Assembly (NCBI GenBank): GCA_963774955.1
Contig: CAVZGV010000004.1
Coordinates: 3,522-67,521, forward strand
DNA: 64,000 nt
Source: Candidatus Falkowbacteria bacterium
GTDB taxonomy: Bacteria > Patescibacteriota > Patescibacteriia > CAIXNZ01
Reading direction: 5' to 3'
Shown here: positions 51,291-61,470 of the stretch, piece after piece
Layout of the letters: every line of letters begins with the position of its first letter
Position numbering within the stretch: position 1 is the stretch's first letter
Program-made: the position numbers and the translations under genes
Notes under the pieces: model-generated
What the model was told of the DNA's origin: nothing
Seen by the model: only the letters and a program-made list of their open reading frames with translations
Database searches by the model: none

Positions 51291-52463
51291 TTACTTTTCA
51301 GGCTTAAACACAATGGTTTTGCCTGAACCGAATCTTGACTCCAGCACAACCCGCGGCGGATGATGACCAGTCACAATCCTTCCGCACCGCTGAGCATAAA
51401 GATTAAAGCGTTCTGCTTCTGCTTCAAATCTCGGCTGATCTTCAAGATCAATAACTGCCAGCATGCCCTGGCCGCCATTCCAGGTTTTATAGCATTCTTC
51501 CTCTGACATATCTCTCCACTGAGCGCATTTGGCCATGATTTGAGGCGGTTCAAACAGGCTGTCCAAAACTGCGGAAAAACCCCGCGGGAAAAGAATGTCC
51601 TTGGCCAGTTTGGATTCAATGGCTCCTCCTGATAAATGCACCAGCAAGTGCACTTTTATAACCGGCTTAAAACCCGGGGGATTAGACCAGCCATTGAGAT
51701 AAGTTAAAAACCGGTCATACAAAATTGAGGGGACCGCACAGGCCATAATGTCCAACTCTGCCAAAGGATTAGCCCACCAGGCATCGCCATATTTAAGCTT
51801 CAGAGCTTTACGCACTGAACTGATGCCATTAGCCCGGAATCCATGTTCCTGCAAGGCCATGATGATCTGACCGGGCTCCAAAGTCTTTCCCAGAATCATT
51901 TTTTGACGATGATAAAGTCCGGTCATCACCCCTGCCCAGTTGAATTTAAATCTGGCCTCAGGATTTTCAGAGCCGACACATACACCCAGCTCAGCTGTTT
52001 CACCCGTTATAATCACCACCTGTGATTCAGCGGCAGCCTGACGAGCGCTCATTATAACTTCCCTGGCGGCCTTATTTGTAGGTGAACCTTTTTCACCCAA
52101 AGTACTGGTGTCCAGCACACTGGCAAACACCAGCGGAATACCGCCCCAACGGGAAATGTCGCTGGCCGTCATGGCAAAAACTTCATGAGCGGCATGATGA
52201 TAAGCGCGGGCCGCATCAATTAAAACAACTTTAGTACCTGGGCCGTCAGCAGCTTTTGTTTCCATGCAACCATTGGGAACCTTTTTAAAAGTGTATCCCC
52301 GCGGGCCGCGAAAATTACCGGCTGACATGTCCAAAACTTTCACCTGAGGAGAAAATTTATAAGTCTGCCTGCAAATTTCTCCTGCAAAAGCTGAAAAATC
52401 ATCACCTTCTTCAATATTGACCCCATCCTGTCTGTACTTGTCTTCCTTTCGCCCCTTAACCAT
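51291..52463 (-). CDS. purM: AIR synthase (PurM)-like protein, divergent
   Basis: YxxxGVNI, DGPGTK, GETAEL, G.RANG.S, HLSGG, WNGGQG; GAAAGGAG RBS before ATG 52463. Confidence 0.8.
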   Translation of the reverse strand: MVKGRKEDKYRQDGVNIEEGDDFSAFAGEICRQTYKFSPQVKVLDMSAGNFRGPRGYTFKKVPNGCMETKAADGPGTKVVLIDAARAYHHAAHEVFAMTASDISRWGGIPLVFASVLDTSTLGEKGSPTNKAAREVIMSARQAAAESQVVIITGETAELGVCVGSENPEARFKFNWAGVMTGLYHRQKMILGKTLEPGQIIMALQEHGFRANGISSVRKALKLKYGDAWWANPLAELDIMACAVPSILYDRFLTYLNGWSNPPGFKPVIKVHLLVHLSGGAIESKLAKDILFPRGFSAVLDSLFEPPQIMAKCAQWRDMSEEECYKTWNGGQGMLAVIDLEDQPRFEAEAERFNLYAQRCGRIVTGHHPPRVVLESRFGSGKTIVFKPEK

Positions 52464-52517
52464 CTTTCTTTTCTCCTTTCTTATTTTGAAATGTACAATC
52501 TTGTTTTTTCTGATTTT

Positions 52518-52717
52518 CTTTACCTTATTAAATTGGTTGATGTTTGTCAACCGATATTTACTGATTCCGACTTTATTTTATGTGAAAGGTGTAACGGTAA
52601 AGATGTTAGTTAAGTGAATAGTGATAAGTGTAAGGTAATTATAAAAACTTAACACATAATACTTAATCCTAAACTTACATCCTAACCTTTTGACTATTCA
52701 CTAAAAAGAAAAACCCC
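52518..52717. repeat. About 200-bp module, copy 1 (promoter, long hairpin, start of terminator)
   Basis: Near-identical to 53521-53718; TTGACA-17-TAAGGT on the minus strand; GGTAAAGATG...CATCCTAACC hairpin. Confidence 0.85.
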
Positions 52718-52742
52718 GCATCTTACGACACGGAGTTTGTTA

Positions 52743-53477
52743 TCAACGTGAACATTCCCTTAGAATATTCACCCTGACATTGAATTTATTAAGATACTGA
52801 CTTAACCGCTGCAGATTAACCTCAGTGGCAAAGAGTATCTGAAATCCAATTTTCTCCGGATCATCGGGTTTGGCATTGGGCAGGACAGCAATAATTTCAC
52901 CGTACTTTTTCAGCCAATCCGTAACCTTTTTATACCCGCTGTCAAAATTATTCATGTTGAACAAAACTCCGACGATTACCAGGCTGATATCTTTGGCCTG
53001 CAGATTTTCTTCCAAACGATGTTCTTCATACTCCCCCAAAGTCTTGCGAATATCCGGCGGAATAATATCTTTGACCGCGTTATCAGCGACCTCAACCACC
53101 TCAGCTCTACCATCAGCAAGATTATTCAGGTTAAGAATAATCTTGTCCGGAGAAACTTCATTGGGGGAATCGGAGTGGATCATTGCCTCAAGATTTTCAA
53201 TAGCTTCAAAAAGAGCATCCAGGATGTTTTGAGCGATGGGAAGCTGACCCAACCGCATTCTGGACAGAAGATTTTCCATAGCATGCGCCAGCTTGCTCAT
53301 GCCCTGAAAACCAAAAACGCCACAAGAACCCTTGAGTGTATGAGCAGCGCGGAAAATACCGTTAAGTATATCCGGATCAACTTTTCCTTTGGCTTTTAAA
53401 GAATTTTCATACTTCAAAAGCCCCTGGCTCATTGCGTCTATGAGTTCTTCCGCCTCGCCGGCAAAATCTTTATCCAT
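52743..53477 (-). CDS. Stand-alone CheA N-terminal fragment (Hpt/P1 plus P2-like)
   Basis: F..EAEE, IFRAAHTLKG, AHAMENLL, EYEEHRL; no kinase domain; GGAGGAGG RBS. Confidence 0.8.
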   Translation of the reverse strand: MDKDFAGEAEELIDAMSQGLLKYENSLKAKGKVDPDILNGIFRAAHTLKGSCGVFGFQGMSKLAHAMENLLSRMRLGQLPIAQNILDALFEAIENLEAMIHSDSPNEVSPDKIILNLNNLADGRAEVVEVADNAVKDIIPPDIRKTLGEYEEHRLEENLQAKDISLVIVGVLFNMNNFDSGYKKVTDWLKKYGEIIAVLPNAKPDDPEKIGFQILFATEVNLQRLSQYLNKFNVRVNILRECSR

Positions 53478-53520
53478 GACTACCTCCTCCCTTTTTAATG
53501 TACAGATTATATGGATTTTT

Positions 53521-53718
53521 CTTTACCTTATTAAATTGGTTGGTGTTTGTCAACCGATATTTAAAAATTTCGACTTTATTATAAGTTAAAGGTGTAAAGG
53601 TAAAGATGTTAGTTAAGTAAATAGTGTTAAGTGTTAGCTAATATAAAACACTTTTCACTTATAACCTAAGACCAGACTCACATCCTAACCTTTTCACTCT
53701 TCACCAAAGAAAAACCCC
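53521..53718. repeat. About 200-bp module, copy 2
   Basis: Direct repeat of 52518-52717. Confidence 0.85.
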
Positions 53719-53785
53719 CTGCACCGTACGGTACAGGGGGCTGGTTGCGAAATTTTACTTGTGTTCCATTTTATCCGCCAAAGCT

Positions 53786-56700
53786 TTATGCGGAGGCGGA
53801 ACACCACTGATAGGCGTTTTGGAACAATTTGAGCCAGGGTGAGGCCAGCAGTATCTGCCAGTCTTCCGGCAAATACGGCCACTGCCACAAATGGAAACAT
53901 CTTTCAGGGTGAGGCATCATAGCCAGGTGACGGCCAGTCGGATCGCACAAGGCAGTTATTCCAAGAGGCGAACCATTGGGATTGAACGGATAAATATCCG
54001 TCATCAATCCCTGGTCGTCAACGAAACGGATCGGTGCCAGTTCCTTTTGCAGAATCTGATCCATCACCTTACTGTCAGGTGAATGGAACCGACCTTCACC
54101 GTGAGCCACCCAGATCCCTAAAGTTGATCCGGACATGCCCTGCAACATAATTGCCGGACTCTCCAGAATGGTTACGGTTGAGAACCTGGATTCAAACCGC
54201 CCCGAAGTGTTGCGGATGAATCTCGGTTGGATCTTATCAGCCAGGTTATCAAACGGCACCCAGCCAAGCAAGGCCATGAGCTGACAGCCGTTGCAGATGC
54301 CGAGGCTGAAAGTATCCTTGCGGTTCTTGAACTTTTTGAACTGGTTGCGCACCCGCTTATTGAAGCGAATCACGCCAGCCCACCCCTTGCCGGCATCGAG
54401 CACGTCAGCGTAAGAAAATCCGCCGACAAAGACAATGCCGACAAACTCGTCCAGAGTAACCCGACCGCTGATCAAGTCAGACATGATCACGTCATGGACT
54501 TCAAAGCCCGCGAGATGAAACGCGGCTCTCATTTCCGCATCGCCATTGGATCCTTCGGAACGAAGAATGGCGACTTTGGGTTTTCTTTGGGCTTCCAAAA
54601 TTTTGGCCGAAGTCGGCTTGGGCATGAAGCTGAGGTTATACTGCGGACCTTGGCGGTCAAAATTAACCTCGCGCTCCTGTTCCACGCACTCCGGATTGGC
54701 CTGCAAACGATCGATCTGGTAACTGGTTTCTTCCCAGACATCGCGCAGGGTAGGCATTGCTGACCAGAAAACTTCCTGACCATGATTGGTCAATTTGATT
54801 TCCTGTTCTTGGCTGGTCCAGCCAAGAACGTGGCAGCAGTCCGTCAATCCGTGACACCGCAAGATGCCGCGGATTTTCTTTTCGTCTTCCGGCAGGTACT
54901 CGATCACCAGACCCAATTCTTCATTGAAGAAATAATTGAGCCAGTTTATTTTTTTGCCCTGCTGTAAATCGAGGTCCAAACCGCAATTTCCGGCAAAGGC
55001 CATTTCCAGTAAACAAGTGATCAAGCCGCCGTCTGACCGGTCATGTCCGGACAGTGTCAGACCTTCTCTGATTAATTGCTGCATGGCTTTGAAAGCCTGC
55101 TTGAGCAGTTGAGGATCTTCCACGTCTGGAACTTCATTACCGACCTGTTCATAAACCTGAGCCAAAGCAGAACCGCCTAAGCGCTGTTTGCCCTCGGCCA
55201 AATCAATAAGCATGAGTTTGCTTTGACCGGGTTTTTTGAGATCAGGAGTGACTTTCAGCCTGATATCAGGCATGGCCGCATAAGCAGACATGACCAGCGT
55301 ACCTGGTGCCTTGACTGTTTCGCTGAAACCATCAGGATGATTGACTTTGGCTGCCATGCTCAGACTGTCTTTGCCACCGTCAATAGCCGGACCGTCCAGA
55401 TCTTCCAGGAATTTTCCCAAGGCCAGGACTGCTTCATAGAGCCTTGCGCCTTCATCATCGACTTTGGCCGCCCACATCCAGTTGGCTGAGAACCTGACAT
55501 GCTCAAACTGGGTAATGACTGCCCAGCAGAGATTGGTAAAGGCTTCAGCTGCTGACATGCGCGCCATGGCCGCGTTATTGACCAGGCCGATGATGGGCCG
55601 TTCGCCAATAGAAGTGGCAGCGCCAGTGAATTGAAAGTGGCTATTGGCTACTGCCGCATAGTCTGACAAAGTCAGCTGTAAAGGACCGACGCATTGCTGC
55701 TGGGCAATCAAGCCCGTAACACTACGATCGACCTTGCTGGTGAGAAAACGTTTGGACCCGACAGACAAAAGCCGCAGCACTTTTTCCAGTGCTTGGCCGA
55801 TGGTCATGTCTTCAGGCAGTATCAAAGGCAGAAGTCTGTCTTTGACGCGCGTGAACTCAAATTTCTTCTGGGGCACTTTGCCGAAAATCTGTTCCAGAGA
55901 AAGATTTACCGGCTTGGCGCCCTTTTTGTCTTTGACCACGATCATGCCGTCACCGGTAATTTTACCGATGATCGCATAAGGGCATTCTTCGCGCTCGCAG
56001 ATGGAAATGAACTGTTTCAAGCGCGACTTCTTGATGACGATAAAGTAGCGTTCCTGAGATTCATTGCCCCAGATTTCCATCTTGGACAGAGTCGGATCGC
56101 CCAGTGGCAGTTTGGCCATGTTGATGAGAGCGCCATACGGATTGACGCCTTCGGGAATGGCATTGCAATTGCCGCCTGCACCCAGGTCGTGGATGATCAG
56201 AATCGGAGATTGGTCGCCCATGGCAATGCAGGCATTGATGACACGGGCTGTTTTCTGTTCCATTTCCGCGTCGCCGCGCTGCACCGCATTGAAATCGAGC
56301 TTGGCCGTGCTGGCGCCCTGAATCATGCTGGATGCCGCGCCGCCGCCCATGCCGATGCGATAATTGGGACCGCCCAGAATGATAACGATATCACCCTTTT
56401 GCGGTTCCAGTTTTTTGACGTGACGGCTGTCCATCTGGCCAATTCCGCCGGTGAACATGATGGGCTTGAACCAGGAACGACGTTGACCCGCCACCATAAA
56501 TTCGTTGGAGCGGGAAAAGCCGAGAATCACTGGCTCACCGATTTCATTGCCGTAGCGTGATGCGCCGTTAGACGCTTCAATGAGAATTTCCAGCGGTGTG
56601 GCCAGGTTATCTACCAACGGCCAATCAGGATGTTCCCATTCCAGGTCATAGCCGGGAATACGCAAACCGCCGACGCAGTATGCAGCCGTGCCCGCAATCA

Positions 56701-57688
56701 TCATACCGCCGATACCAACCGCATACACGTCACGAATGCGACCGCCAGTGCCTGTTTCTGCTCCGGGGAATGGAGCAACTCCGCTGGGGAAATTGTGCGT
56801 TTCCGCCGTAAACAGAATGTGGTAATGCAGTCTCTGTCCTTCCCACTTGCAGGACTGGCCAGCCAAAGTGGGCAAGATGGTCCAGACATCCCAGCCTTCA
56901 ATCGTGGAGGAATTGTCATGGAAAGCAATGATGCTGTTGCCTGGTTTTTTCTTCCAGGCAGCCGTAACAATTTCCCACAAGGTGAGCGGCATGGATTTAC
57001 CGTCAATGTACATCTTGCCTTTCCAGAAATGATGGCGGCAATGTTCCGAGCCGGCTTGCGCCAACTGGAACAGTTCCACATCAGTAGGATTCCGTTTTAA
57101 AACGTCGCAGAACAAATGAAGGTAGTAATCAAAGTCCTGCGAATCCATGGCCAAGCCCAGTTCTTTGTTGGCTTTTTCCAAGGCCGCCCTGCCCTGTTCC
57201 AGAAGCGGGATGATTTTCATGGGCGCAGGCTTAAGGCCGGTGGAAAAAGTTGTCAGAGGCTTGGCATAGGGCATTTCGGTCATACGGTCATAAACCGACT
57301 CAATGAATCGAGCCGGAACTTCCTGTCCATTCAGGAAATACCGCCGGGAAACTTCCAGGCGGGTAACCTTGGTCAGGCCACAGGCGTGGCAAATAGCGAC
57401 AGCGTTGGTGGACTGAGGCGTGGTCCGATTCATGGTCGGACCGACTTCAATCACGTTCGTGCCAAGGAAACTTTTAGGCCTGGTTTTTTCAGGTTCAAAT
57501 GTTTCCGCCAGCAACCAGCGCAGCTTTTTCAGCTCGGCCGGTGTCATGGGCGAACTGGTCTCCACATTGAAACACAGTTCAGTTTTCAGACCCTGCAAAC
57601 CAAACTGGGCCTGCAAAGCACTGACTTTGTCCTCGGTTACACCCGGTTGCCGGTAAAAATGTAACACCTTACCCTCTTGTGCTTTCAT
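53786..57688 (-). CDS. purL: Phosphoribosylformylglycinamidine synthase, large single-chain type
   Basis: SEHCRH, ETHNFP, GAETGTGGRIRD, GKDSLSM, GICNGCQ, MPHPER. Confidence 0.96.
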   Translation of the reverse strand: MKAQEGKVLHFYRQPGVTEDKVSALQAQFGLQGLKTELCFNVETSSPMTPAELKKLRWLLAETFEPEKTRPKSFLGTNVIEVGPTMNRTTPQSTNAVAICHACGLTKVTRLEVSRRYFLNGQEVPARFIESVYDRMTEMPYAKPLTTFSTGLKPAPMKIIPLLEQGRAALEKANKELGLAMDSQDFDYYLHLFCDVLKRNPTDVELFQLAQAGSEHCRHHFWKGKMYIDGKSMPLTLWEIVTAAWKKKPGNSIIAFHDNSSTIEGWDVWTILPTLAGQSCKWEGQRLHYHILFTAETHNFPSGVAPFPGAETGTGGRIRDVYAVGIGGMMIAGTAAYCVGGLRIPGYDLEWEHPDWPLVDNLATPLEILIEASNGASRYGNEIGEPVILGFSRSNEFMVAGQRRSWFKPIMFTGGIGQMDSRHVKKLEPQKGDIVIILGGPNYRIGMGGGAASSMIQGASTAKLDFNAVQRGDAEMEQKTARVINACIAMGDQSPILIIHDLGAGGNCNAIPEGVNPYGALINMAKLPLGDPTLSKMEIWGNESQERYFIVIKKSRLKQFISICEREECPYAIIGKITGDGMIVVKDKKGAKPVNLSLEQIFGKVPQKKFEFTRVKDRLLPLILPEDMTIGQALEKVLRLLSVGSKRFLTSKVDRSVTGLIAQQQCVGPLQLTLSDYAAVANSHFQFTGAATSIGERPIIGLVNNAAMARMSAAEAFTNLCWAVITQFEHVRFSANWMWAAKVDDEGARLYEAVLALGKFLEDLDGPAIDGGKDSLSMAAKVNHPDGFSETVKAPGTLVMSAYAAMPDIRLKVTPDLKKPGQSKLMLIDLAEGKQRLGGSALAQVYEQVGNEVPDVEDPQLLKQAFKAMQQLIREGLTLSGHDRSDGGLITCLLEMAFAGNCGLDLDLQQGKKINWLNYFFNEELGLVIEYLPEDEKKIRGILRCHGLTDCCHVLGWTSQEQEIKLTNHGQEVFWSAMPTLRDVWEETSYQIDRLQANPECVEQEREVNFDRQGPQYNLSFMPKPTSAKILEAQRKPKVAILRSEGSNGDAEMRAAFHLAGFEVHDVIMSDLISGRVTLDEFVGIVFVGGFSYADVLDAGKGWAGVIRFNKRVRNQFKKFKNRKDTFSLGICNGCQLMALLGWVPFDNLADKIQPRFIRNTSGRFESRFSTVTILESPAIMLQGMSGSTLGIWVAHGEGRFHSPDSKVMDQILQKELAPIRFVDDQGLMTDIYPFNPNGSPLGITALCDPTGRHLAMMPHPERCFHLWQWPYLPEDWQILLASPWLKLFQNAYQWCSASA

Positions 57689-57990
57689 CTTAGCCTCCTT
57701 TTACCCCCCGAAGCTTTAACTCAGGAGGGCATTGTTTTGTGATTTTGTTTTTATCCTTAAAACCCTAATTTTCAAAGTTCAAATATATAAAAAATAAAAA
57801 ATTGTCCCCCTTGAACAATTTTCTTATTTGCCTTAAATTTAGCATTTTGGCGATATTTGTCAAACGGTTTTCGCTATCGACAAACGTAACGTTTACCGAG
57901 ACAGAGAAACGTAAAATAAAATAATTCCCATGGGTACTTCAAAAATATCTCAATATTTGCTAAGATTATAATATAATTAATTCTCAATTT

Positions 57991-59835
57991 ATGCTTTATT
58001 ACTTCTTTGCCATCGCCTACATCCTTGATGCCTTTTTACTGGCGTTATTGGTTGTTTTTATTATTTTAATTGTAAAACTACTAAAATCGCTTGGTCAGGA
58101 CTTTACTTTGCTGGAAAAAATGAGGTTAATTCCGATTTTTTTGACTAAACACTCCCATCAGGCTTTTTTACATCATGCCCTAAAAAATAAAAAAGGTACT
58201 TATCAGGCTCATTATCATAAACATGCGCAAACCAATAAAATCCTAAAGCATTTGATGCATGGGGCTCTGGGCTTTTTAATGCTAAAAGTACTTATTACCG
58301 GATTAATATTCTGGTATATTCCCAAACCGACCGTAGCTCAGCCGATTAAATACTCCTTTACAAACCAAGGTTTTACCAGTTTTAGTAATGGGATCTATAA
58401 TTTGACTCAGTTTGAAAACAACGCCATATTTATCGCGCCAGGTTCTTTATCCGGTAATTACATTTCCCAACCAATTGGCACTGGCAAAATTGCCTATAAC
58501 TGGCAAAGTCTGGCCTGGGAGACTGACCAGGTCTATAACAAGAGGCCAGAATATCCGTCAACAAAAATTGCTGTCTGGTCTATGGATTCATTAGAATATT
58601 GTGCTGACGATCTTTCCCATAATTATAACTGCAAAATCAAAAATATCTCTTTAACCAACGGACTTTATCAAACCAAAGCCTATTATTTTGACGGCGAAAA
58701 TTCCAAAGCCAAAATAGAAGCTAATTTATCTATTAAAGATTCTTTTACTATAGGCACCTGGGTAAAATTTGACCAGGATATTTTCTTTGGCAGTGAAGAA
58801 CAAGATTATATCTTCTTAAGCAAGGGCTATGGCAACTATTATATTCCCAAAAACCCGTATCAACTGAAATATAATTATTATTTCGGCATCCTCAATGGCG
58901 CCCTGACTTTTAAATATTGGGTCGATGACAACCAAATGCACTGGGGTCAGGTAAAAAACACCAATACAAATTTTAGTGCTAATCGCTGGTATCATTTGGC
59001 GGTTAGTTATGACAGTAAAAGCAAAGCTTTCAAATTATATATCGACGGTATAGAATATCCGGCAGAGATAACAGACTATGATGATGGCGCTCTCAACCAT
59101 TTTCCCAATACCAGCCCGAATTTGCCGACTTGGATAGGTGGAATCGGTTATCTGTGGATGGATAATGAGGAAAAAATGGTTGATGTGCTGAAAGGCGCTC
59201 TGGAAGAACTTTTTATAACTAATACAGCCATGAATGTCTTGGATTTGAGAAAAATTATTAACCAAACAGGAGAAGTTTATTTTCAGGTCAGGACCTCAAA
59301 TTCACTGCCGATTACCGGAAATTTCTGGGGACCAGGCAACCGGCTTGATACTTATTTTACCCAAAACCAAGCCGATAATCTGAAATTTATTACGCCCAGC
59401 AAATATTTGCAGTATATCGCTTATTTATCCCGACCGATTATGAATTTCAATCCTAAGTTATTTAATGTAACGGTTGAATATAGTGATGGCAAAATCGAGC
59501 CGACTCAAAACCTAAAAATTTCTTTACCTACAACCTCAAACGGTAATAAAAATTCTGATACTTCTAGAGATGTGGTCAAAGAAAAAGAAGCCCTTAATCT
59601 TTTCATTTCTTTATTCAAAACCATGCCCACTAGTGATCAGGACTGGCAATTTATTAATCTAGTGGCATATGATAAAAATTATCAGCGGGATTTAATCCAG
59701 GAGCAAAAAGCTATTACTGCCTTCAGTAAATTTTATAATAAATTGCCCAGCAATAATTTTGATTGGGGCATTATTCACGCGCTGGCCTATTCAGTCAAGG
59801 GCCAGACTTTGATGACTAGCTGGTTAAAAAAATAA
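57991..59835 (+). CDS. Membrane-anchored LamG/concanavalin-like domain protein
   Basis: Two N-terminal TM helices; FDG, WYHLAVSYD...LYIDG. Confidence 0.75.
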   Translation: MLYYFFAIAYILDAFLLALLVVFIILIVKLLKSLGQDFTLLEKMRLIPIFLTKHSHQAFLHHALKNKKGTYQAHYHKHAQTNKILKHLMHGALGFLMLKVLITGLIFWYIPKPTVAQPIKYSFTNQGFTSFSNGIYNLTQFENNAIFIAPGSLSGNYISQPIGTGKIAYNWQSLAWETDQVYNKRPEYPSTKIAVWSMDSLEYCADDLSHNYNCKIKNISLTNGLYQTKAYYFDGENSKAKIEANLSIKDSFTIGTWVKFDQDIFFGSEEQDYIFLSKGYGNYYIPKNPYQLKYNYYFGILNGALTFKYWVDDNQMHWGQVKNTNTNFSANRWYHLAVSYDSKSKAFKLYIDGIEYPAEITDYDDGALNHFPNTSPNLPTWIGGIGYLWMDNEEKMVDVLKGALEELFITNTAMNVLDLRKIINQTGEVYFQVRTSNSLPITGNFWGPGNRLDTYFTQNQADNLKFITPSKYLQYIAYLSRPIMNFNPKLFNVTVEYSDGKIEPTQNLKISLPTTSNGNKNSDTSRDVVKEKEALNLFISLFKTMPTSDQDWQFINLVAYDKNYQRDLIQEQKAITAFSKFYNKLPSNNFDWGIIHALAYSVKGQTLMTSWLKK

Positions 59836-59852
59836 TTATTAATCTTAATACT

Positions 59853-61274
59853 ATGTTGAAAAAAATTCTTTTTGGCGGACTGATCGCTCTTTGGCTATTA
59901 ACCATGCTGCCGCTCGCAGCCAAAGCCACCAACACCGGCTTACAACCGGGAACTCTGATTAAAGCTGCAAACGCCAGTGTTTATTATTTCGGTGCTGACG
60001 GTAAACGTTATGTTTTTCCCAATGAAAAAACCTTTAAAACCTGGTTTGTCTCCTTTGATGTTATTATTTCCATCAGCAATGAACTCTTATCGGAAATTCC
60101 GATCGGAGGCAATGTTACCTATAAACCAGGGACCAGATTAATTAAAATTACAACTGATCCTAAAGTGTACTACGTTGATTATAACGGCACCTTAAGGCAT
60201 ATAGACAATGAATCTATTGCCAAACAGCTTTGGGGTAATACCTGGTATACTCTGGTTGACGATCTGCCTGATTCTTATTTCGTTAACTATAAAATGGGTC
60301 AACCTTTATCAAGTCCAGCCATACAACCGGCCTCTGCCACCTATTCAATCAACCAGGATAAAGCCTTATCTGATCAGGCTGATCCCACTGAAAATTTAAT
60401 CGGTAAAATCAATTTAACCGGTAAAATTGACGGCAATGTAGCTTTCTTGGACTGGACAACCGAAAGCCTGGAATCTCCCAGCGGCTTTAAGGTTGTTATG
60501 TCTAATGATCCCAATCCTGTTTATCCGGGCAATGACTTTCACTATTTATCATCAGCCGGAACCAGAAGTGATGCCTGGTATGAATTAAATTCCTCAGCCA
60601 CTTATTATTTTCGTGTCTGCCAATATCTGGACGGCAAATGCGGAATTTATAGCAACAACTTAAACCTGACAGTGGCTGGCAGTTCTACTACACCGACCGT
60701 CAGCAATAAATCGATTACCCTCAAACTGACTGCTTCTTCAGCTAACTCTGCCAACTTTGAATGGGTAACTAATTTTAATTCACCTTATGGATACAAAGTT
60801 GTTAAATCAACAGAACCAAATCCGGTTTATCCCGGCAATGATTATCACTATATTGATAATGCCAATGTTAAAGTGGATTCCTGGACTCTGGGCAGCGGCA
60901 CCTGGCATTTCCGAGTCTGCGAATATTTGAACGGAACTTGCGGAGTATACTCCAATGACTTAACTGTAAAAATTGGAACTACTACAACTACAACCAGCGG
61001 TACAATTTCCCTGACCGGCAGTGTCAGCGGTAAAAATGTGTCTCTCAAATGGACTTTAAACAACATGACCTCGCCTTTAGGCTTTAAAATTGTCAAAGCT
61101 GAACATATAAATCCTGTTTATCCCGGGGATGTCTACCATTATTATACTGATTCTGGTTTAAGATCAGATGCCTGGGAAGGCTTGAGTTCAGGCACATACC
61201 ATTTCCGGGTCTGCGAATACCTGGGCGGTACTTGCGGCAAATATTCCAATGATCTGATGTTTACCGTACAATAA
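59853..61274 (+). CDS. Secreted protein with three FN3-like repeats
   Basis: Signal peptide; VYY..DGKR..F CPR-type domain; three copies of GFKxV...NPVYPGxxYHY...FRVCxYLxGxCGxYSN. Confidence 0.75.
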   Translation: MLKKILFGGLIALWLLTMLPLAAKATNTGLQPGTLIKAANASVYYFGADGKRYVFPNEKTFKTWFVSFDVIISISNELLSEIPIGGNVTYKPGTRLIKITTDPKVYYVDYNGTLRHIDNESIAKQLWGNTWYTLVDDLPDSYFVNYKMGQPLSSPAIQPASATYSINQDKALSDQADPTENLIGKINLTGKIDGNVAFLDWTTESLESPSGFKVVMSNDPNPVYPGNDFHYLSSAGTRSDAWYELNSSATYYFRVCQYLDGKCGIYSNNLNLTVAGSSTTPTVSNKSITLKLTASSANSANFEWVTNFNSPYGYKVVKSTEPNPVYPGNDYHYIDNANVKVDSWTLGSGTWHFRVCEYLNGTCGVYSNDLTVKIGTTTTTTSGTISLTGSVSGKNVSLKWTLNNMTSPLGFKIVKAEHINPVYPGDVYHYYTDSGLRSDAWEGLSSGTYHFRVCEYLGGTCGKYSNDLMFTVQ

Positions 61275-61470
61275 TAGAAGGACGTATTATTATTAGCTAA
61301 GGTGTTCCCTAATGCGGAGCACCTTAGTTTTTTTGTATTGACTTTAATTAAAATTGATTATAAAATGATCATATTAATTAAAAATAATTAACCACGGGAA
61401 AAAACTCACAAAAATCTACGGAAAACATAATTCGTGTAATTAGTGAGCCAAAATTTCGTGATTCAGTCAT

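Noticed and set aside
54227-57664. Long plus-strand ORFs antisense to purL
   Set aside because: They are shadow ORFs of a GC-richer gene and have no recognisable motifs.
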